DNA from: Escherichia coli
GTDB lineage: Bacteria > Pseudomonadota > Gammaproteobacteria > Enterobacterales > Enterobacteriaceae
Reading direction: 5' to 3' (one strand)
Assembly (NCBI RefSeq): GCF_036507355.1
Contig: NZ_AP027877.1
Length of the DNA stretch: 64,000 nt
Shown here: positions 30,741 to 43,578 of the stretch, one piece after another
Position numbering within the stretch: position 1 is the stretch's first letter
Layout: every line of letters begins with the position of its first letter
Notes under the pieces: model-generated
Told to the model about the DNA's origin: nothing
What the model saw: the letters and a program-made list of their open reading frames with translations, nothing else
Databases searched by the model: none
Program-made: the position numbers and the translations under genes

Positions 30741-32721
30741 AACGGCTCTGCTTTCTCAGCAAATAGATAAAATATGGCGCGCCGATAAAGGTCGACAGCA
30801 GCCCCGCCGGGATCTGGAATGGAAACAGCACCATCCGCCCACACCAGTCAGCGAACACCAGCAGTAAACCACCCACCAGCGCCGAAATTACGATGTGTGG
30901 CATCGTCCGTCGAAAGCCCATCATCCGCGCAATATGCGGTGCCATTAAACCCACAAAACTCAACGGTCCAATAGTCATCGTCGCGGTCGCCGTCAGGCAA
31001 GCCGCTAACAGCAGCAGCGCAATTCGCGTCGGCGTCAGCGCCATTCCTACGGCTCGGGCGGTATCACCACCCAGCGGTAAAATGGTCAGCCAGCGGCGGT
31101 ACAGCGGGGTAATCGCCAGCAAAATCACCATCACAATTCCGGTACGCCAGACCTGCGCATCGGTCGCGTTGTAGGTCGAACCGGAAATCCAGGTCAGCAC
31201 TTGCGCCATTCGCGGGTCCCCACTTGCCTGCAACATCATCAAAAGCATGGTGAACGCGGTACTTAACGCCATCCCCGCCAGTAACATGCGGTGTGGGGAA
31301 AATCCACCGCGCCCGGCGGCGATCATAATAATCAACAGCGTCACCGCGGCACCGATACTTCCCGCGGGTAACAGCCAGCCAAAAGCATTACCCGGTACCA
31401 GAAACAGCATCAGTACCACGCCAAACGCTGCGCCGGAGCTAATCCCCAGCACTTCCGGGCTTGCCATCGGGTTGCCGGTCAGTCGCTGAATAATACAGCC
31501 CGCCACCGCCAGCATGACGCCCGCAAACAGCGCCGCCATAATTCGCGGCCAGCGCCAGGGCATTAAATCCTCGAGCAACGCCCCGCTCGCCCACGTCCAG
31601 CCGTGCGCATCACGACCAAACGACAGCGCCACTACCACAGCCATCAACAGCAGCACGCCGCCCGCGAGGGCAAACGCCAGCACATGTTGGCGTTCAGCCG
31701 CGACACGATCGTTGACCTTCATATCCGGCGCGCTAATGCTGCGTAAACGCGGCAACAGCCACAGTAGCAGCGGCGCACCGATCAACGCAGTGACCGAACC
31801 GGTGGACACTTCCATCCACACGCGAGTCAGCCAGAGGATGATTTGATCGGAAAGCCAGAGGATCAGCGCACCAATCAGCGACGCCAGCATCAACCGTGGC
31901 AGCAGACGCCGCGCCCCCAGCATTTTTGCCAGCAGCGGCGCGAACAACCCGATAAAGCCGATAATCCCCACAGCGTTCACCAGCAGCGCACTGATGACAA
32001 TCGCCAGCGACAGCGCCGCCAGACGCGTCAGCGACAAGGCCAGCCCGAGATTGCGTGCCACACCATCATCAAGCCCCATCAGGGTTAACGGGCGAAGTAG
32101 CAATAACGTCAGCATCACGCCGCCCAGCAGCTGCGGCCATAAACGCTCAACGCCGCCCCAGTCGGTTTGCGTCAGCGTTCCAGTGCTCCACAGAAACATG
32201 CTTTGCAACTGGTCATGATGGAAGATAACCAGTAATTGATTGATTGCCCCACAATAAAGGCTCACTACCAGCCCCGCGAGAATCAGCGTTACCGGCGACA
32301 GCCGTTTCCCCCACGCGACGCCAAAGACAATTAAGCCAACAACACAAGCCCCTGCCAGCGCAGCAAACTGGCTCGCCATCGCACCAGGGATCGCCCAGAG
32401 CGTCGTGACGGTAATCCCCAGTTGCGCGCCTGTAGCAACGCCCAACGTCGTCGGTTCCGCCAGCGGGTTACGCAGCACTTGCTGAAACAGCACGCCCACC
32501 AGCCCCAGGCCCGCACCCACCAGCAGCGAAATCGCCAGACGCGGCAACAAGCTGTAGTGAAAAATCATCTGCTCGATGACGTTAATATCCGGCGACCAGG
32601 CGGCCTGCGCCCACTGGCTACGCGGCAGCGCCTGCGAAAAGTTCATCCAGGTCAGCGCCGTAGCGACAATCACCAGCAGCGCCAGCAATAACGCCGGGAA
32701 AAGCGCAATTCGTTTACTCAC
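30739..32721 (-). CDS. fhuB: Ferric hydroxamate ABC transporter permease
   Basis: 660-aa duplicated FecCD-type permease; fhuACDB order. Confidence 0.95.
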   Translation of the reverse strand: MSKRIALFPALLLALLVIVATALTWMNFSQALPRSQWAQAAWSPDINVIEQMIFHYSLLPRLAISLLVGAGLGLVGVLFQQVLRNPLAEPTTLGVATGAQLGITVTTLWAIPGAMASQFAALAGACVVGLIVFGVAWGKRLSPVTLILAGLVVSLYCGAINQLLVIFHHDQLQSMFLWSTGTLTQTDWGGVERLWPQLLGGVMLTLLLLRPLTLMGLDDGVARNLGLALSLTRLAALSLAIVISALLVNAVGIIGFIGLFAPLLAKMLGARRLLPRLMLASLIGALILWLSDQIILWLTRVWMEVSTGSVTALIGAPLLLWLLPRLRSISAPDMKVNDRVAAERQHVLAFALAGGVLLLMAVVVALSFGRDAHGWTWASGALLEDLMPWRWPRIMAALFAGVMLAVAGCIIQRLTGNPMASPEVLGISSGAAFGVVLMLFLVPGNAFGWLLPAGSIGAAVTLLIIMIAAGRGGFSPHRMLLAGMALSTAFTMLLMMLQASGDPRMAQVLTWISGSTYNATDAQVWRTGIVMVILLAITPLYRRWLTILPLGGDTARAVGMALTPTRIALLLLAACLTATATMTIGPLSFVGLMAPHIARMMGFRRTMPHIVISALVGGLLLVFADWCGRMVLFPFQIPAGLLSTFIGAPYFIYLLRKQSR

Positions 32722-33608
32722 GCTTTACCTCCGATGGCGTTATCCAGAACGCGCACAAAGTGCATTGCCGAGAGCGTCGCACCATAAAACCAGACTGCAG
32801 GTACGCGCTGAAAGCGTCCGGCGCGGACAAACGGCATGGCCTGCCACAGCGGGGTTGCCATTAGCGCATCCATGTCTTTGCTGTTGTCGTGATCAAAACA
32901 GAGCACATCAACGTCTTTATACGCTGCCAGACGATCGATGCTGACGGCGGTACTGCCCCAGAAGTTGGTTTCCCCTTGCCAGGCATTTGGGATGCCGTAC
33001 TCATCAAGAATTTCCTGGAACAAGCTGTTTGGACCGAAGACCAACATATGGCGCGGATCGATAAGCGTCGTCAGCAATAACGGGCGTGCACCACGCTTCA
33101 CAAAGCGGGGTTTCATGCTGCGGATAAAGTCTTCATAGTGCGCTAAATGCGTTTCCGCTGCGCTTTGCAGGTTAAGTAAATCTGCCATTTCCGTCAGTGA
33201 TTTACGCGCCATCGCCAGCGGCTGTTTGCCGTCGCTGAAGTTAAATCCACGCCCCGGCGCAATACGAGCCAGCATTTCTGGTGAAGGGCCATATCCTGCC
33301 GACCAGACCATAAACGACGGTTTCATTTCGGTCAGCAGTTCAAGGTTAGGTTCTGTGCGCAAACCGACGTCAATCACCGATTCAGGTAACGGTGGTTCGC
33401 TAACCCACAGGCGATAGTTGATGGTGTCCGCCACGCCGTAAGGCACGATGCCGAGCGCCAGCAGTAATTCCACCGGCAACCACTCCAGCGCCACAATACG
33501 CGTTGGATCAATAGCCGCCGCGTGGGCGGTATTCATCTGCCATAACAACGGAGAAAGCGCCATCGCCGTTAACAGTCGACGGCGCGAAATAAGAGGTAAG
33601 CCGCTCAT
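32718..33608 (-). CDS. fhuD: Ferric hydroxamate periplasmic binding protein
   Basis: ORF 32718..33611; 296-aa product; overlaps fhuB start by 4 nt. Confidence 0.9.
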   Translation of the reverse strand: MSGLPLISRRRLLTAMALSPLLWQMNTAHAAAIDPTRIVALEWLPVELLLALGIVPYGVADTINYRLWVSEPPLPESVIDVGLRTEPNLELLTEMKPSFMVWSAGYGPSPEMLARIAPGRGFNFSDGKQPLAMARKSLTEMADLLNLQSAAETHLAHYEDFIRSMKPRFVKRGARPLLLTTLIDPRHMLVFGPNSLFQEILDEYGIPNAWQGETNFWGSTAVSIDRLAAYKDVDVLCFDHDNSKDMDALMATPLWQAMPFVRAGRFQRVPAVWFYGATLSAMHFVRVLDNAIGGKA

Positions 33609-34405
33609 CAATAAACAAAACTCACAGGTGCAGCACCCGCCGGATGCGGCAAAATACCCATCGGGATGCCATAAATCATTTCGAGGGTTTCGCCGCGCAT
33701 AATTTCCGCAGGCGTTCCCTGAGCAATCATTTCACCGCCGCGTAGAGCGACCAGATAATCACAGTAGCGTGCCGCCATATTGATATCGTGCAGCACGGCA
33801 ATGACCGTCAGACCACGTTCCTGACTTAAACGGTGCACCAGCGCCAGCACATCAACCTGGTGGGCGATATCCAACGCCGAGGTCGGTTCGTCGAGCAACA
33901 GACAACGGCTATCCTGCGCCACCAGCATGGCGATCCACGCCCGCTGACGCTCACCGCCAGAGAGACTATCGACCAGCCGATGCGCCAGCGGTTTTAAGCC
34001 AACCAGCGAGATAGCTTCCTCAACTTTTTCGCGATCTGCCGCACCAAAGCGCCCCAGAGCGCCATGCCATGGGTAACGACCAATCGCCACCAGTTCACGC
34101 ACGGTCATCCCTTCTGCCGGAGGAAGCTGCTGCGGCAAATAAGCCACTTTGCGGGCAAACGCTTTGCTGCTCCAGCTTTCCAGCGGCTGGGCATCAAGAA
34201 GAATCTCCCCTTCTGACGGAGGCTGATGACGGCCAAGCATTTTGAGCAGAGTGGATTTACCAGAACCGTTGTGACCAATCAGACCGGTCACTTTCCCGGC
34301 TGGAAAGGTTAACGACAGCGGATGCAAAAGCGTGCGCCCGGGCACACGAAAGGAGATATTACGCAGTGCAAAAGTGGTATCGGAATGATTCGTGTATTCC
34401 TGCAT
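33608..34405 (-). CDS. fhuC: Ferric hydroxamate ABC transporter ATPase
   Basis: ORF 33608..34447; Walker A GHNGSGKST, ABC signature LSGGERQR; 265-aa product from MQEYTNHSDTTF. Confidence 0.9.
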   Translation of the reverse strand: MQEYTNHSDTTFALRNISFRVPGRTLLHPLSLTFPAGKVTGLIGHNGSGKSTLLKMLGRHQPPSEGEILLDAQPLESWSSKAFARKVAYLPQQLPPAEGMTVRELVAIGRYPWHGALGRFGAADREKVEEAISLVGLKPLAHRLVDSLSGGERQRAWIAMLVAQDSRCLLLDEPTSALDIAHQVDVLALVHRLSQERGLTVIAVLHDINMAARYCDYLVALRGGEMIAQGTPAEIMRGETLEMIYGIPMGILPHPAGAAPVSFVY

Positions 34406-34455
34406 AACAGCCAACTTGTGAAACGGGCACGGAAATCCGTGCCCCAAAAGAGAAA

Positions 34456-36699
34456 TTAGAAACGGAAGGTTGCGGTTGCAACGACCTGACGTTCTGCGCC
34501 CCAGAAGCAGCCATAAGTGTTAAAGCAGCTGGCGACGTATTCACGATCGAACAGGTTGTTAACATGCAGCGCCACGTTGGAGCCAGCCATGCCGACTCGC
34601 GCCAGATCATAACGCACTAACGCATCCACGACCGTATAACTTCCCACTTTAAAGGAGTTAGCCGGATCACCATAGCTGGAGCCAGTATAACGACCACCGG
34701 TGCCCAGCGTCAGACCTGAAAGCGGACCGTCAAAGAAGGTATAGTCAGCCCACAGCGAAGCCATGTGTTTTGGCACCTGTGCCGGCGTATTGCCTTTATA
34801 GGTAGTATCGGTGGTGTATTCCGCATCGGTGTAGGTGTAAGAACCAACTAAGTTAACACTCGCCGATAGTGCCGCTTTCGCTTCGATTTCTACGCCACGT
34901 GCGCGGATCTCGCCACCTTCAACCGAGAAGAAGGAACCCTCAGGGTCCGCCATCAGGTTGTTGGTTTTAGTGAGATTATACACGGCACCAGTAACTACAA
35001 TCGGACGATCTTCCGGTACATATTTCACGCCGACTTCATACTGCTTACCTTTAGACGGTGCGAAAATATTACCATCCTTCCCAACTTGCGAAGAAGGTTC
35101 AAACGATTCGCTATAGCTAAAGTAAGGTGTTACGCCATTATCAAACAGGTAGTTAACACCACCACGCCAGGTAAACTGTTTGTCATCGCGTTTATCGGTC
35201 GTCCCGGCAACGCGGTTAAGAGATTCTTGATCTGCCCAGTCATAACGACCGCCCAGGGTGACCAGCACTTTATCCCACTGCGCCTGATCCTGAACATAAA
35301 CGCCCGTTTGTTTCTGTTTATTCAGAATGCGGTAAGGGCCGGAGTTTGCCGGATCTTTGGCATTGAAGTCGAAATCGGTATTCACCGGATTGTACAGATT
35401 GAGCAGTGGCACAGAGTCGTCGTAACCAAACCAGGCGTTGATGTCATTACGCATACGCATAAAGTCGACACCGGTCAACAGGGTGTGGTCGATATCGCCA
35501 GTGGCAAACTTGCTCTGCAACTGGGTATCAACAGAGAAATTTTGCAGCTTCTCATCATCAACGACGTATTTACGCGCCAGATAATGGCCTTTATCCGCTG
35601 GCGCTAATGCCGCACACTGTTTGCTGTAAGCATTCGCTGGATCGGAGCAGACGCCGTAACCATAAACGCTGTTTTGCGAGGTTTTGTTTTCAGCAAAGCG
35701 CAGGTTCTGACGCACAGTAAAGGTGTCGTTAAATTCGTGATCGAAGCTGTAGCCCACCATCTTCTCATTACGAGAATAGGTGTTGTTCTTCGCCCCTTCG
35801 TTAAAGTCTGTCGGCAGACGCTTACCGTTCGGCAGCGGCTCAACGGTTCCCTCTTTCGGCAACCAGCCGTAATAACCCGTTTCCGGCTCGTTCTGGAAGT
35901 AAGAGAGGAAGGTGAAATTGGTTTTATCATCCGGACGCCAGGTGAACGCCGGTGCAATAGCATAACGCTGCTCTTCTGACCCTTTCTGCTGGGCATTGGC
36001 AGAACGCGCAAGACCGGTCAGGCGATAAGAGTAAACGCCGTCATCATCCAGCGCATCGCTAAAGTCAAAACCAGTCTGGAACAGGCTGTCAGTACCGGCT
36101 TTAAACTGAACTTCTTTCAGCGGTTCGGTGGTCGGACGCTTGCTGACCATATTCAACAGACCGCCAGGACTGCTTTTACCGTAAAGCACGGAAACCGGGC
36201 CACGCATAATTTCAGCGCGTTCCAGCATATACGGATCAATGACCGCATCGTTATAGAAGTTGCCCTGCAACTTCAGGCCATTCAGATAGTTATTCTGGCT
36301 TTGGCCTTCTGCCGCAAAACCGCGAATGATCAGGTGGTCATAGGTGTTGGATGCGCCACGCGTACCAACAGAGACACCCGGCGTATAGCTAAGCGCTTCT
36401 TTCACCGACTTAGGCTGATGCAGCGCCATCTCTTCAGCGGTCACAACAGAAATAGACTGAGGTACTTTTTGAATCGGCGTATCGGTTTTAGTGCCGGTAG
36501 CTGACTGTCGCGCCGCAATAGTTGCAGCAGGCCCCCATGCGCTTTCTTGCGGCGCAGGTGCAGCGGTAACGGTGATAGTGTCTTCTTTCGGTTCAACCGC
36601 TGCCTGTGCATAAACAGACATGCCGCTAACCGCTGTGGCTACTACAACTGCGATTTTACGCAGTGAGTGTTTTGGCTGAGCAGTTTTGGAACGCGCCAT
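34456..36699 (-). CDS. fhuA: TonB-dependent ferrichrome outer-membrane receptor
   Basis: 747-aa ORF with signal peptide and C-terminal barrel ending ...ATATFRF. Confidence 0.95.
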   Translation of the reverse strand: MARSKTAQPKHSLRKIAVVVATAVSGMSVYAQAAVEPKEDTITVTAAPAPQESAWGPAATIAARQSATGTKTDTPIQKVPQSISVVTAEEMALHQPKSVKEALSYTPGVSVGTRGASNTYDHLIIRGFAAEGQSQNNYLNGLKLQGNFYNDAVIDPYMLERAEIMRGPVSVLYGKSSPGGLLNMVSKRPTTEPLKEVQFKAGTDSLFQTGFDFSDALDDDGVYSYRLTGLARSANAQQKGSEEQRYAIAPAFTWRPDDKTNFTFLSYFQNEPETGYYGWLPKEGTVEPLPNGKRLPTDFNEGAKNNTYSRNEKMVGYSFDHEFNDTFTVRQNLRFAENKTSQNSVYGYGVCSDPANAYSKQCAALAPADKGHYLARKYVVDDEKLQNFSVDTQLQSKFATGDIDHTLLTGVDFMRMRNDINAWFGYDDSVPLLNLYNPVNTDFDFNAKDPANSGPYRILNKQKQTGVYVQDQAQWDKVLVTLGGRYDWADQESLNRVAGTTDKRDDKQFTWRGGVNYLFDNGVTPYFSYSESFEPSSQVGKDGNIFAPSKGKQYEVGVKYVPEDRPIVVTGAVYNLTKTNNLMADPEGSFFSVEGGEIRARGVEIEAKAALSASVNLVGSYTYTDAEYTTDTTYKGNTPAQVPKHMASLWADYTFFDGPLSGLTLGTGGRYTGSSYGDPANSFKVGSYTVVDALVRYDLARVGMAGSNVALHVNNLFDREYVASCFNTYGCFWGAERQVVATATFRF

Positions 36700-36721
36700 T
36701 GGTATATCTCTGATGTAAAGT

Positions 36722-36770
36722 GAATGATAACGTAAACGAGAATGATTATTATAAAGATAAGATAATATTC
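36722..36770 (-). promoter_or_regulatory. Probable Fur box / promoter region of fhuA
   Basis: Minus-strand TATAATAATCATTCTC and GATAAGATAATATTC resemble the Fur consensus GATAATGATAATCATTATC; lies ~25-70 bp upstream of fhuA start. Confidence 0.45.
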
Positions 36771-36918
36771 GAAACGCTGGCGGGTTCGCAAGCGGTACGC
36801 AATCTGAGCGTTCCTGAAGGGTTAATAAACAACCAGATGAAAAGAAAGGGTTAATATTTTAGGTGGGATGTTATTTTACCGGATGGCAACTCGCCATCCG
36901 GTATTTCACGCTTAGACG

Positions 36919-39453
36919 TTAATTACTACCAAACATATCTTTAATCCAACCGGCTACACCGTCGCTGTCTTTCTGCTCTTGCTGAGCAGGTTGCTGTTGC
37001 GGTTGTTGCTGCGGCTGAGAAGACTGATCAAACGGATTGCCTGACGGTTGCTGCTGCATCTCACTCTGCTGGCACAGCGATTGCGGATCGCTGGTCCAGA
37101 CCGGCAAGACACGCATGCCACCGCTGCAAACAAAGTTGCCGTCGTAGTCCACGCCCATATCTGCAATATCTTCTGGCGGAACAAGATTCAGCGGTGTTGG
37201 CGTCTGGTTAGCCAGATAACGCTGATAAATCGACATTGCCCCGCTGGCTCCATACAGTTTGGTCGGCTGGTTGTTATCACGGCCTACCCAGGTGATGGTC
37301 ACCGTGCTGCCGTCAATGCCCGCAAACCAGGTATCTACGTTATTGTTGGTAGTCCCTGTTTTCCCTGCCAGATGCAGGTTCGGGTATTTCGCCCCAAGCT
37401 GACGACCCGTACCGCGTTGTACCACCTGCTGCATGGTCCATAGTGTCAGATACGCCGCCTGCGCCGGAACAGCGCGTTCCGCCTGCGGGAAGCTCTGATA
37501 CAGCACTTTGCCATCTTCCGCGATTACCGAACGCAGCGCAGAAAGCGGTGCACGGTTACCACCGCTGGCGATGGTCTGGAATGCCTGCGCCACTTCGATT
37601 GGCGTTAAGTTCAACGCCCCCAGCAGCATTGCCGGAACCGGATGCAACTGATCTTTCGGTACGCCCAGTTTAATCCAGGTATCCGTAACCGCAGGCAGCC
37701 CCAGCGCCATCCCCAGATTTACCGTCGGCACGTTCATCGAACGGGTCAACGCATCCACCAGCATCACTCTGCCGCTTTCGCTATAACGACGGTCATCGTT
37801 CTGCGGTGACCAGACCTGGCCATTCGGCTGACGCAGCGCAATTGGCGCATCCGCAATCCACGTATTCAGACGATAGATTTTCGGCTGGCTTAAGGCCGTC
37901 AGATAAGTCGCTGGTTTTGCAAGGGAACCAATCGAACGACGCGCCTGCATCGCACGGTTGTAGCCCGCAAACTGCGGCTCAGAACCTCCGACCATCGCAC
38001 GAACTTCACCACTAAAGCGGTCGACGACCACAATCGCAGTTTCAAGATCGCTCAACTTACGCTGTTTCTTCAGTGCAGGAATGCCTTCCACGGCGGCTTT
38101 TTCTGCCGCGTCCTGGGCCACCGAGTCAAAGGTAGTGAAGATCTTCACGCCGGAGAGATCTTTTACCTTATCGCCTAATTTCGCTTGCAGCTCCTGACGC
38201 ACCAATTGCATAAAGGCTGGCTGTGGAGAGATTACCCCACCGCGCGGCTGAACCCCCAGCGGACGCGCACTCAACATGTCATAGAGTTCTTGATCAATAA
38301 TCTGTTGCTGTTGCAGCAGACGCAGTACCAGATTACGTCGCTCCAGCGCCAGTTTCGGGTTACGCCACGGGTTGTAGATGGACGCTCCTTTCACCATACC
38401 GACTAACAGCGCCTGCTGATCGAGGCTCAATTCTTCTACCGGGCGACCAAAGTAATACAAGCTCGCCAGCGGGAAGCCGCGGATTTCGTTGTCGCCACTC
38501 TGACCGAGATACACCTCGTTCATATACAGCTCAAGAATACGGTCTTTGCTGTAACGCGCGTCCATGATCAGCGCCATGTAAGCTTCGTTCGCTTTACGCC
38601 AGTAAGAGCGCTCGCTGGAGAGGAACAGGTTTTTCACCAGCTGTTGCGTCAGCGTACTCGCCCCCTGCACCGTGCGTCCGGCTGTCAGGTTTGCCAGCAC
38701 CGCACGTCCGATGGAGTAGAGACTGATTCCATCATGCTCGTAGAAATGGCGGTCTTCTGTCGCCAGCAAAGTATCCACCAGCAAATCCGGGAAACCACTG
38801 CGCGGCACAAACAAACGCTGCTCACCGTTTGGTGAGGAGATCATGGTGATCAGACGCGGATCAAGACGGAAGAAACCGAACTGACGGTTGTTCTCCATAT
38901 TGACGATCGTCGCCAGATGATCGCCATCAAAGGTCAGACGCGCGCGCACCTGTCCTTCTTTACTGTCCGGGAAATCAAACGGACGGCGAATCATCTCAAT
39001 GCTGTTGGCCTTCACGGTAAATTCGCCAGGACGGGTCATTTTTGACACCTGACGATACTGGGTTGCCTCCAGCAGCTTCACCATTTCGTTCTTGCTGATG
39101 GTCATGTCTGGCTCAAGGTTGACCATTCGGCCATAAACTGCCGCAGGCAGTTGCCAGACCTTGCCATCAATACGGCTGCGAATTTTTTGATCGAGATAAA
39201 CGCCGTAAATGGCGATCAGCACGGCAAAAACGATAGCCAGTTTTAACAGCAGCCATAGCCAGCCGCGTTTGCCACGAGGCTTACGCCCTTTGCCTTTGCC
39301 CTTACCTTTGCGCGGCATCGGTTCTTCATCCTCATAGTCATCATAATCGTCGTAATCATCGTCATCTTCGTAACGACGACGGCTTACCTTTTGTTTGACC
39401 GGACGCGTCGGTTTCCCTTTGCGTCCAATTGGCTCGCGGTCATTCCCGGCCAT
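36919..39453 (-). CDS. mrcB: Penicillin-binding protein 1B (bifunctional glycosyltransferase/transpeptidase)
   Basis: ORF 36919..39468; 844-aa product from [15 protein letters not shown]; acidic/basic N-terminal tail, TM helix, GT51 and transpeptidase domains. Confidence 0.95.
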   Translation of the reverse strand: MAGNDREPIGRKGKPTRPVKQKVSRRRYEDDDDYDDYDDYEDEEPMPRKGKGKGKGRKPRGKRGWLWLLLKLAIVFAVLIAIYGVYLDQKIRSRIDGKVWQLPAAVYGRMVNLEPDMTISKNEMVKLLEATQYRQVSKMTRPGEFTVKANSIEMIRRPFDFPDSKEGQVRARLTFDGDHLATIVNMENNRQFGFFRLDPRLITMISSPNGEQRLFVPRSGFPDLLVDTLLATEDRHFYEHDGISLYSIGRAVLANLTAGRTVQGASTLTQQLVKNLFLSSERSYWRKANEAYMALIMDARYSKDRILELYMNEVYLGQSGDNEIRGFPLASLYYFGRPVEELSLDQQALLVGMVKGASIYNPWRNPKLALERRNLVLRLLQQQQIIDQELYDMLSARPLGVQPRGGVISPQPAFMQLVRQELQAKLGDKVKDLSGVKIFTTFDSVAQDAAEKAAVEGIPALKKQRKLSDLETAIVVVDRFSGEVRAMVGGSEPQFAGYNRAMQARRSIGSLAKPATYLTALSQPKIYRLNTWIADAPIALRQPNGQVWSPQNDDRRYSESGRVMLVDALTRSMNVPTVNLGMALGLPAVTDTWIKLGVPKDQLHPVPAMLLGALNLTPIEVAQAFQTIASGGNRAPLSALRSVIAEDGKVLYQSFPQAERAVPAQAAYLTLWTMQQVVQRGTGRQLGAKYPNLHLAGKTGTTNNNVDTWFAGIDGSTVTITWVGRDNNQPTKLYGASGAMSIYQRYLANQTPTPLNLVPPEDIADMGVDYDGNFVCSGGMRVLPVWTSDPQSLCQQSEMQQQPSGNPFDQSSQPQQQPQQQPAQQEQKDSDGVAGWIKDMFGSN

Positions 39454-39540
39454 GCTTTTTCTCCGCAATATTCAGGCGCAAAAGCCCGATTTTCTGTTCT
39501 TCTGTTACAAGACAGAAGAAGATATCTCTCAAAATTTGCT

Positions 39541-39640
39541 TTTCTCCCTCTCCCTGTGGGAGAGGGCCGGGGTGAGGGCATCAGCGCGCACATTACCCCT
39601 CACCCTATCCCTCTCCCCATAGGGGCGAGGGGACTGCTCA
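39541..39640. repeat. GC-rich palindromic intergenic repeats (REP/BIME-like) between hrpB and mrcB
   Basis: Three adjacent imperfect palindromes: CTCTCCC-TGT-GGGAGAG; GGGTGAGGG...CCCTCACCC; CCCTCTCCCC-ATA-GGGGCGAGGG. Confidence 0.4.
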
Positions 39641-39648
39641 TACCCGTT

Positions 39649-42078
39649 TTACGAATACTTTTTCGTCCGTCGCGTCGGTGCCGTGTTTGCCGGGTCGTCC
39701 GGCCAGACGTGTTTGGGATAACGCCCTTTCATCTCCTTTTGCACCTCACGATACGCCCCTTTCCAGAAGGCCCCCAAATCACGCGTGATTTGCAGCGGCC
39801 TTTGGGCAGGGGAAAGCAACTCCAGCACCAGCGGCACGCGCCCCTGGGCGATCGTCGGATTGGTGGCCTCACCAAACATCTCCTGCATTCTCACCGCCAG
39901 CGCGGGCGGGTTATCTTCATGATAACGAATGGCGATCCGGCTTCCCGTCGGCACAGTGTAATGCGCAGGCAATTCACTATCCAGACGTTGCTGCATTCCC
40001 CAATCAAGTAATCCGCGTAGTGCCTGATAAATGTCGAGTGATTTCAGGCCGCGTAGTGAATGTACACCGGCCATATGTGGCAGCAGCCACGTTTCCAGCG
40101 TCCCCAACAAACTTTCAACATCAACCGCTGGCCAGTCATATTCTGGCAACCACTTTCCGGCGCATAACAAACGCAAGCGTAGCTGTTCCGCTTCCGCCGT
40201 CCAGTTGAGCACGCTTAAACCTTTATCACGGATGCCGTTAAGCATCGCCTGATGCAACTCGTCTTCTGACGGTTTCGCCAACGGCTGCACTTTCACCGTC
40301 AACTGACCGATTTGCAGCCGACGCCAGGCTTTCAGCGTACCTTGCGCGTCATCCCATTCCACGGTGTCAGATTGCTGCACCAGCTGCGGACAGCGTCGCA
40401 CTAATTCATCAATATCGACCGGTAGCGCCAGTAAAATCCGCGCATCCGGCGAGGCGCTGCCCTGCAATAATAACGGTGCGATCAACCATTCGTGGCGGCT
40501 TAGCGCGTCGTCGGCATCGAGCATCGCTCCCATGCCGTTTGCCAGTTGATAGCGTCCATCTTGCCCACGGCGGCGAGCAATGCGATCGGCAAACGCCCCG
40601 GCAAGTAGCAGCGCGATAAGCGAACTGTCTGCCTCACCGCCGCGTACGTTTAAGCGTTTTAACAGTTGCTGACTACGTTGCTGCCAGGCTGGTTGATTGC
40701 GCGAAAACGCCACGCCCAAGTCACTATTGCCCATCCGTGGCGGCTCTTCGAGAATGGCGGCAATTTTTGCCGCGGTAGCAGCTTCGTCGTCGCTCTTTGC
40801 GCTAACCAGCATTGCCGCTAAACGCGGATCGTTACCCAGCGCTGCCATTTTTTGCCCCTGCGCACTAAGCCGTTCACCGTCCAGCGCCCCCAGCATCTTT
40901 AACAGGCGTTTCGCGGCCAGTAAATTCACTGCTGGCGGTTGATCCAGCCAGCTCATCTGCGCCGGATCGCTGCATCCCCATTGCAGTAATTCCATCAGCA
41001 AACCGGAAAGATCGCTTTGTAATATTTCCGGTTCACTTTGCGCCGCGGCGCGTTCTGCTTGTTCCTTGGCGATTAAATGCAGGCAGATACCCGGCTCCAG
41101 ACGCCCGGCGCGCCCGGCACGCTGCGTCATGGATGCCTGGCTAACGCGTTGAGTAATCAGTCGCGTAAGCCCCGTGCGCGGATCAAAACGCGCCACACGC
41201 TCCTGGGCACAATCCACCACCAGACGAATACCTTCAATGGTTAAACTGGTTTCAGCAATATTGGTCGCCAGCACCACTTTGCGCATCCCTTGCGGTGCCG
41301 GGAGGATCGCTTTTCGCTGATCGTTCAGCGACAACGCGCCATACAGCGGGCAGAGCAATACATCACTGCCGATGCGCGAAGCCAGTTGTTCCTGCACACG
41401 CTGAATTTCTCCGACGCCAGGTAAAAATAACAGTAATGATCCGCTTTCCTGACGCAGCATTTCAGCGGTGGCTACCGCAACGGCATCGTCAAAACGCTGA
41501 TGCGTGGGCAGCGGTAAATAACGGCGTTCAACCGGAAACGAGCGCCCTTCTGAGATGACGACGGGCGCTTCTGGCAGCATTTGCTGCAAGCGGTCGTTGT
41601 CCAGCGTAGCCGACATAATCAGCAGTTTAAGGTCATCACGCAGACCTTGTTGCACATCGAGTAACAGCGCCAACGCCAAATCCGCCTGCAAGCTACGCTC
41701 ATGAAATTCATCAAGGATCACCAATCCAACACCGCTCAGTTCCGGGTCACGCTGGATCATCCGCGTCAGCACGCCTTCGGTAACTACTTCCAGGCGGGTA
41801 TTCGGCCCGACGCAGTTTTGCGCACGCATCCGGTAGCCAACGGTATCGCCTGGCTTTTCGTTAAGCAGCTCCGCCAGCCGTTGCGCGACATTACGCGCCG
41901 CCAGACGACGCGGCTCCAGCAGGATAATTTTCCCGTTAATGCCGGGATGCGCCAGCAGTTGCAGCGGCAGCCAGGTTGATTTCCCGGCCCCGGTCGGCGC
42001 ACTTAATAATACCTGCGGCGCACAATCGAGAGCGGTAAGTAATTCAGGTAAGACGGCAGCAACGGGCAACGACGACAC
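39649..42078 (-). CDS. hrpB: ATP-dependent RNA helicase HrpB (DEAH-box)
   Basis: ORF 39649..42123; Walker A APTGAGKST, DEFH box; 809-aa product if started at GTG 42078. Confidence 0.9.
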   Translation of the reverse strand: MSSLPVAAVLPELLTALDCAPQVLLSAPTGAGKSTWLPLQLLAHPGINGKIILLEPRRLAARNVAQRLAELLNEKPGDTVGYRMRAQNCVGPNTRLEVVTEGVLTRMIQRDPELSGVGLVILDEFHERSLQADLALALLLDVQQGLRDDLKLLIMSATLDNDRLQQMLPEAPVVISEGRSFPVERRYLPLPTHQRFDDAVAVATAEMLRQESGSLLLFLPGVGEIQRVQEQLASRIGSDVLLCPLYGALSLNDQRKAILPAPQGMRKVVLATNIAETSLTIEGIRLVVDCAQERVARFDPRTGLTRLITQRVSQASMTQRAGRAGRLEPGICLHLIAKEQAERAAAQSEPEILQSDLSGLLMELLQWGCSDPAQMSWLDQPPAVNLLAAKRLLKMLGALDGERLSAQGQKMAALGNDPRLAAMLVSAKSDDEAATAAKIAAILEEPPRMGNSDLGVAFSRNQPAWQQRSQQLLKRLNVRGGEADSSLIALLLAGAFADRIARRRGQDGRYQLANGMGAMLDADDALSRHEWLIAPLLLQGSASPDARILLALPVDIDELVRRCPQLVQQSDTVEWDDAQGTLKAWRRLQIGQLTVKVQPLAKPSEDELHQAMLNGIRDKGLSVLNWTAEAEQLRLRLLCAGKWLPEYDWPAVDVESLLGTLETWLLPHMAGVHSLRGLKSLDIYQALRGLLDWGMQQRLDSELPAHYTVPTGSRIAIRYHEDNPPALAVRMQEMFGEATNPTIAQGRVPLVLELLSPAQRPLQITRDLGAFWKGAYREVQKEMKGRYPKHVWPDDPANTAPTRRTKKYS

Positions 42079-42151
42079 AAAACGCTCCAGAGGGTTAACA
42101 TTCTTCGTGCCACATTGTAGCATCGCGGTAATTCATAACCGAGTGCCTCAC

Positions 42152-43401
<1,250 letters not shown>

Positions 43402-43578
43402 TAAAGTAAGTAACTGGTTAATTTACATTCTGGTCGCGTGCGCAAATACGCTTTTCCTCACACAGTTGTCAAGTGTTACGTTTAGATAATTGCTATCCGG
43501 AAAAGCATCTGCTATTTATAGCGGCCTCATTTTTCCCCCGAACATGGGGATCGATAGTGCGTGTTAAGGAGAAGCAAC

